64,000 bases of DNA from Octopus sinensis (taxonomy: Eukaryota): the NCBI RefSeq assembly GCF_006345805.1, contig NC_043018.1, positions 3,906,001-3,970,000 on the forward strand, given 5' to 3'. The notes below the pieces were generated by a model that saw only the letters and a program-made list of their open reading frames with translations, was not told the DNA's origin and searched no databases. This document shows, one piece after another, positions 1-12,779 of the stretch. The position numbers and the translations under genes are program-made. Within the stretch, counting starts at the first letter, position 1. The number at the start of each line of letters is the position of its first letter.

Positions 1-214
1 TGGTGCTTTTTACATGCCACTGTCACGGAAGCCAGTCAAGGCGGCGCTAGCATCGGCCACATAAACATAAATGCATAGGGACAATAGCATACAAATAAGC
101 ACACACACACACAATCAGACACGATCTCTCATATGCAGACACAAACACATACACACAAACACACACACACACACAGAGTCTGTGCCACAAAGTGTCAAAG
201 AGTTAAGTACTCAC

Positions 215-248
215 GTTTTTCAGAGTTGTCTGCAATTCCGCTCACAGC
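215..248 (-). CDS. MEAF6: MEAF6 coding exon 4: AVSGIADNSEK(R); gene continues off the left edge
   Basis: Strong acceptor tttgtcttttcag, donor AAC|GTGAGT, 34 nt, phase 0 to 1. Aligns with the recalled AVSAL...EKR segment following SSVTSA. Confidence 0.8.
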
Positions 249-2320
249 CTGAAAAGACAAATTGGGGAAAATGTGATGTTTTTTTTAACTCTTAATCAAA
301 GGGAGACGGGCCATAGCCACATCCCTTTATTTTTGTATAGTTTCTGAGATGAGGGAGATGAAGACAGGAAGTTGTCCTCAAGCCAGAAACTTGGCCGGCC
401 TGACTGTTTATGATAAGGTAAACTCTGCTAAGTTAATCCAAGGATTAGGTGAAAGTGTTTAACCGAATGAGAGAAAAATCTATCACTCAGGGCCTTAGAA
501 CATAAACCACCTGGCAAATTCCCTGCTCCGTATTGTTATTTCACTTTGTTGGTCTTCAAAAAGATGAAATGAAAATTTAACCCAAGTGAGATTTGGACAC
601 CCGGTTCTTTGCAGGGAATCAGAACAACTATCACAGAGTAACTTAATGGGTTAGTTGTTGTTGTTGTTGTCCATCTTCATCATTTAATGCCTCTTTATCC
701 ATGCTTGCATGGGTTGCATGATTCAACAGAAACTGACAAACCAAAAGACTGCACTGAGCTCCAATGTCTGGTATGGTTTCTACAGCTGGATTCCATTCCT
801 GATGCTAACCACTTCACAGAGTAGACTGGATGTCCGTTTTCTTGTGGCACCAGCACCAGTGAGGTCATTAAGCACTCGCAAGACAAGACCTACCTCAATG
901 GAATGAAGAACAGTACTGAAGGAGATGACAGTGTGACAGAGGGACAGGAATAAGTGTCTTGTTGGAGACGGGGGAACGCATGTCAGTCAATCCAAGGTCT
1001 CCTGGCCACAGCCATCTCTCACCAACTGCTACAATGACGAAAGGCAAAGCTGACCCCGGTTCGAACTCAGAGCATTAAGGAATGGGACTAAATACCACAA
1101 GGCATTTAAACTGTTGCCCTAACTCTTTTGTTGATCTACCGAAATATAAATAGAGTATTTCATAAAGTCTGATATTAAAATACACAGGGATTCTGGGTAC
1201 TCGACCAGGAAATAGTGGAAAGGAGACTTAAATGCCTCTTTTATCTTTTACTTGTGTCAGCCATTAGGCTGTGGCCATGCTGGGGCACCACCTTGAGAAA
1301 TTTTTAGTCAAATGTATTGAACCCAATACTTTTATTTGTTTGAGTCTGGTTTTATCCATCTCTTTTGCCAAACCACTAAGTTACAGGGACGTAAACACAC
1401 CACCAGCAGTTGTCAAGTGGGGGTGGTGGAGAACACACACACAAGGCTTCTTTTAGTTTCCATCTACCAAATCTACTCACAAAAGCTTTGACCAGCCCCA
1501 GGCTATAAAAGAAGACACTTGCCCAAGGTGCCATGCAGTGGGACTGAACCCTGAATCATGTAGTCGGGAAGGAAACTTCTTACCACATACCCATGCCTGT
1601 GCTTGTAATACACAGAATCCATTTAATGTCTAAAATAATCCAGAACCTCTGCTCATTTGCACTCACCTGTCTTCTGTCCCCTAAAACTTCTACTCATCTC
1701 ATACACTGAGGGTTCACCTTGACACTGCCTAGCAGACATCTTCATGGGGGATTGACAAGGAAGGACACGGCTTGTACAACGGTGATACTCGTTTACAAGT
1801 ACAAATGCAATGCCAAGACACCTGCACACACCTATGCCCCTGACAAGGTCCTTCTGTCACCCATCAAATCCACTCACTCACTCACAAGGCTTTGCTTGGC
1901 CAGGATCTAGAATAAAAGACACTTATTCAAGGTGCTGATTACAGGTAAGATCCCCACCATCAATTCACTGTGAGAAAAGTTCACCACAAGGTAAATTTAC
2001 CAAGAAAATATATTCGTAATGGCAGTGCCCCAGCATGGCCACAGCTCAAGAGCTGAAACTGGAAAACATAAACATAAACATAGTACCTCACTATTAAGTT
2101 AAAAAACTATTTTATTGAAAAAAAAAATGAGAGAAAAACTGAAGTTGAAAAATTATGCCAAAAAATTTGAAGGTGAACTTTCCCAGAGGTGAATTGATGA
2201 CAGTGAACTTACCTGACATGCAAGGTGCTCCACTGTAGGCCTGAGACTGAAACCATGTGATTAGGAAGTAAAGGAGAAGACTTAACATCTTTACTAAGAA
2301 AAGACCCAAAGTTAACTCAC

Positions 2321-2408
2321 CACAGCAGAAGTTACTGAAGATTTGGAAAATAATCGATCAGCTTCCTTGAATTTTCGATTTCGTTTATCTGCTTTGCTGT
2401 TGGTATTT
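2321..2408 (-). CDS. MEAF6: MEAF6 coding exon 3: (K)[29 protein letters not shown]
   Basis: Acceptor ctttcag, donor GTG|GTGAGT, 88 nt, phase 2 to 0. Matches the conserved [16 protein letters not shown] motif. Confidence 0.96.
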
Positions 2409-3686
2409 CTGAAAGTAGAAATCATTCAAATTGATAGATTTTTTATTTTTTATTTCTATTGATTTAATGATCAATCAGCAATAAAAAAAACAAAAAGTTT
2501 CATTTATCATTTGGTAGCATTGTTAAAAAGTTGGATAAAATGCTTTGTGATTCTAACTCTTTAGATTGAGAGTTCAAATTCTATCAAGGCTAACTTTGCG
2601 TTTCATCCCACCAGGATCAATAAAATAAAACATCAGTCAATCGCTGCCACTGTGTATCTAGGACTACATTATCTGAAGTGTCCTTTTTATTTTTTAAGAT
2701 GGAAGGTTGCGATTAAGATAGGTTTCGGTCATCCCCATTCAATGTCAGTTCGTCCATTCCATTGTTTACGTTCCATTCCACGGCAGATCAATGCCATTCC
2801 ACAATACACAAAAAACTACACTAAATGGAATAAATCAGTTTGCCATAAAGAAAGGACACCCAATATTTCAAGCAGGAAACCTTTTGTTGGAGGGTTCTGT
2901 CAGGAAACATTTGACTTCTCTTATTTAGGTTACTTTATGAATTTCTCTTACTTTAGCTAATCTGTTATCACATCTCTCATAAAATACACTGTTTTTCACC
3001 ACCATCACCATCACCACCACCACCACCACCATCATCATCAAGCATCTATTTCCCATGCTGGCATGGGTTGGACAGTTTGACAGGGGTTGGCCGGCTGAAG
3101 AGCTACCCAGACGCAGATTGTCTGTTCTGGCCATGGCCTCTACAGCTGGATGCCCTTCCTAATGCCAACTACTTTACAAAGTGTACAGAATGCTCTTATG
3201 CAACACCAGCACAGGCGCTTTTACAAGGTCCTGGCAGGTGTGTTTTTTGCATGGCACCAACACCCATGAGCCTGCAATAATAATAATAATAATAAAGCTA
3301 CAGTGAACATCAAAGAATGTACGTGTTTAATTGGCAAAAGATGACCCTCCCCAATTAAAAGAATATCTGTTTCAACACATGATTTCACATCAAATATCTT
3401 GCAAAACAAATACATAAATACATAAAATGTGTAAAATTTTGATTTGCTGCTGTTAGTATCATCAGATTACGATGAGTGAGAGGTGGGCTATTTGTCAAAC
3501 CAAAAAGATGTCTACCAGTCTCTTACAATTCCTCTGCGTGATTCGAATGGGTCACACAGAGGCAAAGACCTTTGGCATCATGTCGTGCTTGAAAAGAAGA
3601 CCCACCGAGTCGAGCAAAATTGCAATCGTGACAGATACTGGTGTCCTGCAAATTGGCACGTGAACACACCTCGGTGTCACACAAAA

Positions 3687-3818
3687 GGCACCCGTGCTGG
3701 CGGCACATAAAAGCACAAATGGCACCCGTGCTGGTGGCACATAAAAGCACAAATGGCACCAGTGCTGGTGGCACAAAAAAGCACAAATGGCACTCGTGCT
3801 AGTGGCATGTAAAAGCAC
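3687..3818. repeat. 34-bp tandem repeat x4 inside an RTE 3'UTR copy
   Basis: GGCACCCGTGCTGGTGGCACATAAAAGCACAAAT units at 3687, 3721, 3755, 3789. Confidence 0.9.
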
Positions 3819-4088
3819 TTATTACACTCAGAGTGGTTGGCATTAGGAAGGGTATCCAGCCATAGAAAACCATGCCAAATCAAACTGAAGCCTGGTGCAG
3901 CCTTCCAGCATGCCAGCCCAGTCAAACTATCCAACCCATGCCAGCATGGTCAATGGCTGTTAACTGACGATGATGATGATGTTATGAAGAAGACATGTTC
4001 ACTGATACAGATTACTGTCACTAGTTTTCTTATTTCAACATTCAACCAGAATCATATCAGAGACAGACCAAAAAACAACTTGCTTCTT

Positions 4089-4432
4089 CATTATTTACAT
4101 TTGACGGATATTTGTCCTCATCTTAGATTTATAAGCCCTAAAATTCACTCCATAATTGCTCACGGGCGTATGGCATAGTGGTTAAGAGCGCCGGCTACTA
4201 ACCCCAAGACTCTGTGTTTGATTTCAGGCAGTGACCTGAACAATAGTAATAATAATAATAATGATAACATCAAAAAATACCTTAGGAATGAGAACCCAGG
4301 AGAACCTGATGAAGGCTGGAGGGTATATCAGCCAAAACATTATGTTAACAACAAAGAAGATGAGGACAAATATCCATCAAATGTAAATAATGTAAATAAT
4401 ATAAATAATTCCTCATCTCTTAAATACAGAAC
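4089..4432 (+). mobile_element. tRNA-headed, hammerhead-containing non-autonomous retroelement (copy 1)
   Basis: Inverted copy of its own tail (4089-4124), A-box TGGCATAGTGG near 4171, (AAT)n spacer, hammerhead, tail ending at 4432. Homologous to 17238-17507. Confidence 0.7.
4301..4345 (+). ncRNA. Decayed hammerhead fold, same family as 17438-17483
   Basis: CTGATGA-A-GGCTG-GAGGGTATAT-CAGCC-AAAAC-ATT: canonical CUGAUGA, but both CpGs of ccGAAACGtt are mutated. Confidence 0.6.
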
Positions 4433-4444
4433 TGTATCAACTCA

Positions 4445-4579
<135 letters not shown>

Positions 4580-7113
4580 TTATAAAAGAAAAAAAAAAAC
4601 AGGAAATTTATCAAATAGAAAGAGACAAAACAAAAATAGAAATTTAAAAAAAGAAAAGGTTATAGGTTACAAGTTCAGTCCCACTGCATGGCACCTTGGG
4701 CAAGTGTCTTCTACAACGGCCTCAGGCCAACCAAAGCCTTGTGAATGGATTTAGAAGACAGAAACTTCAAGAAGAACTTCATATATATATATAGCCATGG
4801 CTGATGCCAGTGTTGCATGTCTGGCCCTTGATGTGTCGGGTGATATGATATTCTTGAGAAGACTTGTTAAGTGAGGTAAAACAAAAATCATAGCTGTGGC
4901 CAGTGCTCCCCTGACTGGATCCTGTGCTGGTGGTACATAATAAGCACCATCTGAACGTGATCAATGCCAGAGCCGACTCACTGGCTCCTGTTTCAGTGGC
5001 ACATAAAAAGCACCCACTACACTCACGGAGTGGTTGGCGTTAGGAAGGGCATCCAGCTGTAGAAACTTTGCCAGATCTGATTGGAGCCTGGTGCAGACCT
5101 CAGTCAAACCGTCCAACCCATACCAACATGGAAAGCAGACGTTAAATGATGATGATGAGTGTGAGTGTGAGTGTCCCAAAACCACTTGACAATTGGTATT
5201 GGTGTGTTTACGTCCCGGTAACTTCGCAGTTCAGCAAAAGAGCCTGATAAAACAGGCCTGAAAAAAAGGTAATTATTGGGGCCAATTCATTTCATTAAAA
5301 ATTACTCAAAGTGGTGCCCCGACATGGCCACCGCCTAACGACAAAAACAAACAAAAGATGAAAAGAGAGAAGACTGTCACTTCAACGCTCACTTCTCCAT
5401 GTTTCCATGGGTCGGGTGAGAGTTTTCTATGACCGGAAGCCCTTTCTGTTACTAATCCCCACCTGATTTCAAGTGAGGTGAAAATCTGGCAGTTCATCAA
5501 CCAACAAAAGACCTCAGAAAAACAATCCACACCGCACGAATGAGCCTTTTGTTTACAAAGACTGTTTCAGTCATTTGACCGCGGCCATGCTGGAGCACCG
5601 CCTTTAGTCGAACAAATCGACCCCAGGACTTCTTCTTGATAAGCCTAGTGCTTATTCTATCGGTCTCTTTTTATCGAACCACTACGTTATGGAGATGTAA
5701 ACACAGCAACATCTGTTGTTTACCCTAACCCTAACCCTAACCCTAACACATACACACACACATATATACATATATATATATATATACGACGAGCTTTTTT
5801 TCAGTTTCCGTCTACCAAATCCACTCGCAAGGCTTTGGACGGACCGAGGCTATAGTAGAAGACACTTGCCCAAGGTGCCACGCAGTGGGACTGAACCCGG
5901 AACCATGTGGTTGGGAAGCAAGATTCTTACCACACAGCCACGCCTGCGATTACATTTTTCTTATATTTCTACACTACACAAAATATTTCAACAAATATTT
6001 CGTAGGTGGGTTGGTAGGGTCAGGGTACATGTACGTGTGTTTATGTTCAGTGTTTGACTTACCAACCTCGATTACAGAAACCGGTGTTACGTCGAAAAAG
6101 CAACCTAACCAATCAATAGAAATATAAATCGATACGAACTGAAAATAAAGGATCGAGATCGCTATAACCGATCGATCTCCTTTGGATCCTTGAAGGCGGT
6201 GCCCTAGCTTGGCCGCAGCACACAATGAATCGCAAAAGAAAAATATCGTATGAAAATAAAACGGGATAGTCACGGCTAGATCGCCTCTGTTCATAGATCT
6301 GTTTTGAGGCAACTAAAACAATAACATTAACACATGTGAGTTAAGTAGGTCATCACGACAATGTGGTCGTTTGAAGAGGTAGAAATAGCAGCTAAATCTC
6401 CATCTGATGCTTTATGAAGATTTTTAAAGAAACCAAAATAAGGAAGAGCGATCGAATAATTTAATTTGAGGTAAACAATGTCAAGAGAGAAGGGACGGCA
6501 AAATGCTGGGATGGTCACGACTGGATTGAGTATGATCGGTGGCTTGCTTAATTAGGACAGCAACAATAACTGAGAATAATACGTTGGATGATGAAGTCTA
6601 TAAGATTAATAAAACGAGATGGTCACGGCCAGAATGCTTCAGATAACAACAGATCCACTCGATCAGGTTGCTCTGACCTGTGGTTAAACAACAAAACTAA
6701 AGGACGAACACATTGGATAATGAGTAATGTACATTACTTAATGAAAAAAGGGGAGAACGGGTTAGTCACGGCTGGATTGCCCTTGATTTTGAGTAATTCG
6801 CGGGGGTGGGGTGAGGTGTAAAGAACAACAACAGCTGCGATCGTCGTGAAGAGAGATGATTAGAGAAGAGAGAAGCATGCGGAGAGAGAAGAGAGGAGAG
6901 AGAGAGACGTAGAAAGAGAAAGGGGTCAGAGGGAGAGAAAAAGGGAGCGGCTGGTGAAGGGGAAAATAATAAAGCCTCCCGCCAAGATGGAGGAAATCGG
7001 TTTCATTTCACAAATAAACATTTATCTCTGCGATTAGAACATTTAATAAACGAAACACAAACACACAAGGTAAGCACAAGTTGCATTGTGCTTTCCCTGG
7101 ATGCGATTCTTAC

Positions 7114-7194
7114 CGCGATTTCCGTCCTTCGTCGCACAAGTTCTGCCAATTCGGTTCGGGTATCCAGAGTAGCGATCTGGCGTTGGTTCGCCAT
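7114..7194 (-). CDS. MEAF6: MEAF6/Eaf6 (NuA4/TIP60, MOZ/MORF, HBO1 complex subunit) coding exon 1: MANQRQIATLDTRTELAELVRRRTEIA
   Basis: ATG at 7194 in AAACATGGCG context, 27 codons, donor GCG|GTAAGA. Peptide matches the recalled MEAF6 N-terminus (DTRRELAELVKRKQELA). Confidence 0.95.
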
Positions 7195-7300
7195 GTTTGG
7201 AGAGAAAACCACGACACCGTGTTTAGTACAACGATTCTGATTGGTCCATTGCATGACTGACTATATAATACCGACATTTTGATTGGCTGCTGTTAGGTTA
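7195..7300 (-). promoter_or_regulatory. MEAF6 proximal promoter: two CCAAT boxes and a YY1-like motif over the ATG
   Basis: GATTGG at 7239-7244 and 7281-7286 (CCAATC on -, 42 bp apart), AAACATGGCG spanning the start codon, locally CpG-rich. Confidence 0.55.
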
Positions 7301-10149
7301 CTTCAGTTTACCAGCAAACTAGCGTAGCCTGGGTGCTTAATTGCGAGCCGAGGTATTTTAATTGATTAAAATTCCGCTCTTTGTGATGTTGACTAATAAT
7401 TATCCCAGTGACTAATTTTGTCTAAGAAAACACGGTAGACAAGGCTTTATTTAGGTTAATTGGATATAGAATGCAGTGTGGACTGGGAATGAATATGATT
7501 TCTAACAATACGAGAGACAGCAATGATCATGTTTCTATGGTATTAAACCTCATCAGCGAAGTTTAATGAAACGCTTTGTAAAGAAATCACAAAGAAGAGA
7601 CACTCGAAGACGCAGAAAAATAGAGGGCATGAAAGTAGTATATATATATATATATATATATGGGCCGACCAATGCCTTGTGAGTGGATTTGGTAGACGGA
7701 AACTGAAAGAAGCCTGTCGTATATATGTATGAGTATGTTTGTGTGTCTGTGTTTTGTCCTCCTAGCATTGCTTGACAACCGATGCTGGTGTGTTTACGTC
7801 CCCGTCACTTAGCGGTTCGGCAAAAGAGACTGATAGAATAAGTACTGGGCTTACAAAGAATAAGTCCCGGGGTCGATTTGCTCGACTAAAGGCAGTGCTC
7901 CAGCATGGCCGCAGTCAAATGACTGAAGCAAGTAAAATAGTATATATATAAAGCCTTAACCAGTATTCGACCCTTATGGGGTTTCGTCAAAGGTGTATAT
8001 AACATGACCAATCCTAATATATTAAATGTGGTAACTCCAGAGTCCTGATGCTTCTTATTTGCATAAGTGTTGAACACTTTGTTTGACATATATAAATAAG
8101 CACGCACGCATGCATTTATATGTGTGAAGGTATGTATGTATGTATGTATGATGGAGAGGGAAGAGTGAAAGTCCACGGCGATGCAATTTGAATCACAAGA
8201 AACTGGGGCCAAAATGGTTCCTGCCAAACTAAAAGATTGCATGACATGAATTATTGAACCTGGAGCTTTTCGCATCTAATTCCTTCTCCAAACAGTGAAT
8301 TCTAACTCTATTCTAGCAACAACAAACCTACAGATGCAAAAATGAAAGAGGATCCATTGAATAGGGCATGCAGTCAATGATGCACGTGGTTACGCGGCTT
8401 ACAAACAAGAATCACGACCAGAGGAGATCCAGTTAGGTGTCTTGGTAAGGTCCTGAGAGCAGCGGCCGGCATATTAGAGCAAGAAAAGCGGGGAAAGGTA
8501 CCGGACTCAGGTGAAAAGAGACCAAATCATCGAGGTCATTAGAGGTGAGGGAAAAGTCATCTTCTCGCAAAAGACCACGAACTGTACCAGACACTCAACA
8601 CAAGGAGGGCGGAGCTGGGGAAAGACAAACAAACCCCACCACCACAATAAAAAACAAAAGAAGTAAGCTGTGCTTATGCTGTGGGATGAAGAAGTTTGTT
8701 TGTAATTATGTTGAGGCGTGTTCAGTTCTACTGCATGGCACCTTAGGCTGACCAATACTTTGTGAGTGAATTTGGTTAGCGGAAACTGTGAGGAATCATA
8801 CATACACACACACACACGCGTGCACTTACACACACACATATATGCTTTATTAAAAAGCAGAAGAAAAAAATTGTTACTCAGAGTTTCTCGTTCCCGTTCG
8901 TCGGACAGCTTTGTTTAGATTCTAAACAAAACTGTCCGATGAACGGTATCTTAGTGGTTAGGCACCTTTGAGCCTTATAGATTACGTTATGGATTCAGGA
9001 TAAAGTCAGAATCGACCGGAGAAGTACGTGACCTTCTCTGAGAACGAGAAAGTGGAACCGATAAAAAAGTTGGAGGTTGATACTTCAGGAGGCAGAGAGT
9101 TTATGAGGAATGCTCTGATAAAAAAAAACGCAAACTAAAATATGGTTTATATTACTACCACGAAGTGTTACCTCCATGATTCAGTCCACAGGTTAAGGTA
9201 TGACTGTAGCTTGAAAGTGATTAAATCAACGAAGAGTTTTTACAGGAAATACTCGAGGTGACAGAAGAGGAAGCTCTTAGAGCAGACACAGGAGAACAGA
9301 GAACTCCCAATAATATCAAGAACCACCAATTCAAATATGGAATCTTTTCTGTTTAGCTTTCAATCTTTGAAATTTTAAAATTAAGTGAAAATTGATGCAA
9401 TTTTTCCCGCTGAATCTGACGTTGTCATTCACTTGTTCCAGAAGAATTTTTGAAAAATGTCACACAGGTTTTGAAATAAAATGGAAGAAAATAAAAGGAA
9501 CTGAAAAGCGTTTAGCGGTGAAAGAATGGCGTATGCATATAAAGGTTCGCTGAGGTTCACCAGTGTGGCGGTTTGTTGACCTTTAACGTAGTCTGTTGGT
9601 TATTAGTTCGACAAAAGTTGTTCTCACGTCGGGTTGACTCCATGGTTGTTGGTTGAAGATAACAATGATGGTGACGATGGATGTTGATAACAGAGTGCGG
9701 CGGAGAGACGTCAAATACTGCGTTCGTTAACCGTGAGGTGATATGCAATAACAACTCGCTTTAAGATTATAAGGGAGCTTATTAATTCAGCCGATCACAG
9801 ACTGAGTTAGAGCTGTAAACTAACGGTGTCGTCTGAACCTACCTGAGAGTCCCAAAAATGCTTATTTTAACTAAAGCTAATACAAACATGCTTATAGAGC
9901 CGCACCCCGAGAATAAACCGGTTGGTGAAATAAACGATAGAAATGAAAGAAATGTAGCATGGAAGGAAGGGCAATGAAATAGGCGTGAGAGCCCCGGGCT
10001 TCGAGTGAGTAATGCCCAAGAGGGCGAAAGAACTTTCATAACGCTGCATGACCTCCGAATAGGTTTTGCGAGAGTCTGAAGCTCCAAAGGAGATGAACAA
10101 AGTCGCGTGGCCAGCAAAACTTGATGTGTAAGCGTGGTGAACTTACGTC

Positions 10150-11710
10150 CAGCTAAGTGGAAACCGCGGGAATGCGAGAAATCAAGGTAGATGAGAGAAG
10201 AATATTGGCTGCTGTGAGAATGAACAGTGCCAAGAATTTGCCTGCAAAATCCTTGAGTCGTTTGCAGTGGCAAAGGTTGTAGGTGTTAGAAAAGCGACAG
10301 TGGCTTATAAAAACTGGGGGGAAATCTCACAGAAGTGACTATGCAAAATACTAGCGAAGCGAATCAAGCCATGAAGATGGCGGCAAACGAAAGAAGTTCC
10401 AAATGCAGTTACCAGATGCCTTCGCTAAGCAGAATAATATTTTTGTCACTTGACCCTTCTAACCTCTTCTAGGCCACCAAAAGTTAGAATTGTTAAAACA
10501 AGTGCCACCAACGAAATCTATTGTTCTCAATATGTCTCTCTTTCTTGCTATCTTGCGATAGCTATTATATATATACGGAAAATTCCGAGGCGCTCCATCT
10601 GCTGCCAGAAACCGTTAAAGAGTGGGGTAGGGATGCCTTGGCTGATGATGCGCTGAGGCTGAGACACTTTTGGCTCTACCTGGATGGTGAACGGGTGTGG
10701 TCACCGCATGTCAAGTTCTTCCTGCCACAACTGACGTCCCTGCAGGACGTAGGTGCATGGATCTTGCAGAGACCTAAAATGAGCGAATGGCCGAGAGAGT
10801 GCAGACATGCGCTCGCTCTGTTCTCTCGAGCGAGCAATACCGGCTGCGAGGCTAACTCTGCGGACTTTTGTAGCGGGTTCGTAGAACACATGTCCGACGA
10901 CGTCCTGGAGGAGCCTCTAGGCTTCGACGAGGAAGAGCTTGTCAACCTGTTTGGAAGAACATTCGGGCTGAGGTATCTGGACAACTTCCAGAAATCCCTG
11001 GCCTGGTTGTGCTACCGATCGGCCTTGCCAGTTCGAGAGAGGTTGTCAAGGTATGGTGCTGGTACCCCACCCGAATGCACGAGGTGTGGGCGCCTTCGTA
11101 CATTGTGAGGAACTAAGGGGACTGATAAGATATGTCGAAACAATTGGTGTCAGATACGGAAAGAGTACGGTTATCGACTGAGTCTATCATCAAGATTGTG
11201 TCGCCTCCTTCCTTAAAAGGAGGCGTCATTTTTCTGCGTAGCAGCCGTATTGAAAGAGACAGTATGGGTGACGCGTGGAAGAGGAATTGATACAGGCAAC
11301 TTTATCTCCGGACATGGGTTGGTTAATTTTTTAACTACTACCTGTCCAGAAAGATCAGTCTGGAGAAAAGGGGGCTGCCTCAAAGAACATTTGAGAAAAG
11401 ATGGACAAATGTCGCAAGGAAATTGAGAGTGAATGGGGCCGCGCTAGTGTAGCCGGTCTGAAAGGAAAAGGAGGAAAAAAAAACAGAAGAAAAAAAAAAG
11501 GGGTATTATAAAAAGTAATGAAAGGGAAAACCCGGTGGGTGGAACACGAACCCGAAAAATATATCATCGTGTAAGTTTTAAAATTCAATTCGATTTCATT
11601 ATATTGGATTTTTAAATAATATATAACCCCAGCCCCTAAATGTTTTTTTTTATCCTTGTGCTGTCCCCTCTGTGTCATGGCCAGTGTGCCGAATAAAAGA
11701 AATTAATGAG
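10150..11710 (+). mobile_element. Degenerate L1/Tx1-clade LINE (RT remnant plus C-terminal Cys domain and 3'UTR)
   Basis: Frameshifted KNW..(DY)KILAKRIK near 10310-10370. ORF 10521-11108 ends AWLCYRSALPVRERL...CTRCG (zf-RVT-like). AATAAA near 11692. Confidence 0.7.
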
Positions 11711-12152
11711 AGAGAGACCACCAGTTAATGAACAGAGACCAACTAGAGTCATGGCGACAAACAGGCAACCACTAAAGACAAATGGTCAGAGGGATAAAGA
11801 AGGTTATGACCAGCCAACCATGAGACACAACTTCCCTTCAATCTATAACTTTCACTAAATCACTTTCTTCTCTCTTACGACACCATTCTACCATTATCTA
11901 TGGTTTACTCCGACAATAAGAACGTCTACACACATTCAGACCGAAATTATCTTTCTTAACCTCTCATGCTCTTTCAATTATAACACACCTGCCCGTCGAG
12001 GTGTGGCATTATATCAAGAAATAGTGAATAAATATTTCTTTACAACTTCGATCACTGTTCTTCGTTCCTTCGTTCATCTTGCACATCTGCAACAGCAACA
12101 CCCGTTGCCGACTCCAACATACGTCATAATACAAACCGTTACACCGGCAACC

Positions 12153-12183
<31 letters not shown>

Positions 12184-12467
12184 ATGCACACACACACACA
12201 CACACACATATATATTTATATATATACATATACATACATATATATATATACATATACATACATATATATATACATACATATATATATATACAAACATATA
12301 TATATATACATACATATATATATACATACATATTATATATACATACATATATATATATACATACATATATATATATATACATACATATATATATATCATA
12401 CATATATATATATATATATATAACATACATATTATATATATATATATATAATACCTACTATATATAT

Positions 12468-12498
<31 letters not shown>

Positions 12499-12634
12499 AT
12501 ATATCTATATATATCTATATATATATAATATATACACAATATATATTTATATACACGCATATATTATATATATATTATATATATACACGCATTATATATA
12601 TATATATACACGCATATATACATATATATATACA

Positions 12635-12670
<36 letters not shown>

Positions 12671-12746
12671 CTAGTATATATATATATATATATATACATA
12701 TATATATACATACATATATATATATATATTCACAATATATATATAC

Positions 12747-12779
<33 letters not shown>

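Noticed and set aside
4164-4237. tRNA gene (also SINE heads at about 17292, 28738, 42553)
   Set aside because: A/B boxes are present but no complete acceptor stem forms, and each is fused to repeat bodies, so these are tRNA-derived retroposon heads.
5721-5746. (CCCTAA)n telomere-like repeat
   Set aside because: Only about 4 units, located in the variable microsatellite slot of a SINE copy. Not evidence of a telomere or fusion site.
7505-7560. Hammerhead-like CTGATGA-GGT-TTAAT-ACC-ATA-GAAAC on the - strand
   Set aside because: Three extra bases separate stem II from GAAA and no GUH triplet follows. It may be a decayed Penelope-type terminus but is not supportable as a ribozyme.
8960-9330. 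Purine-rich coding-like segment with an acceptor-like ttttacag at about 9245
   Set aside because: Frames close within about 40 codons, there is no donor, and no recognisable homology.
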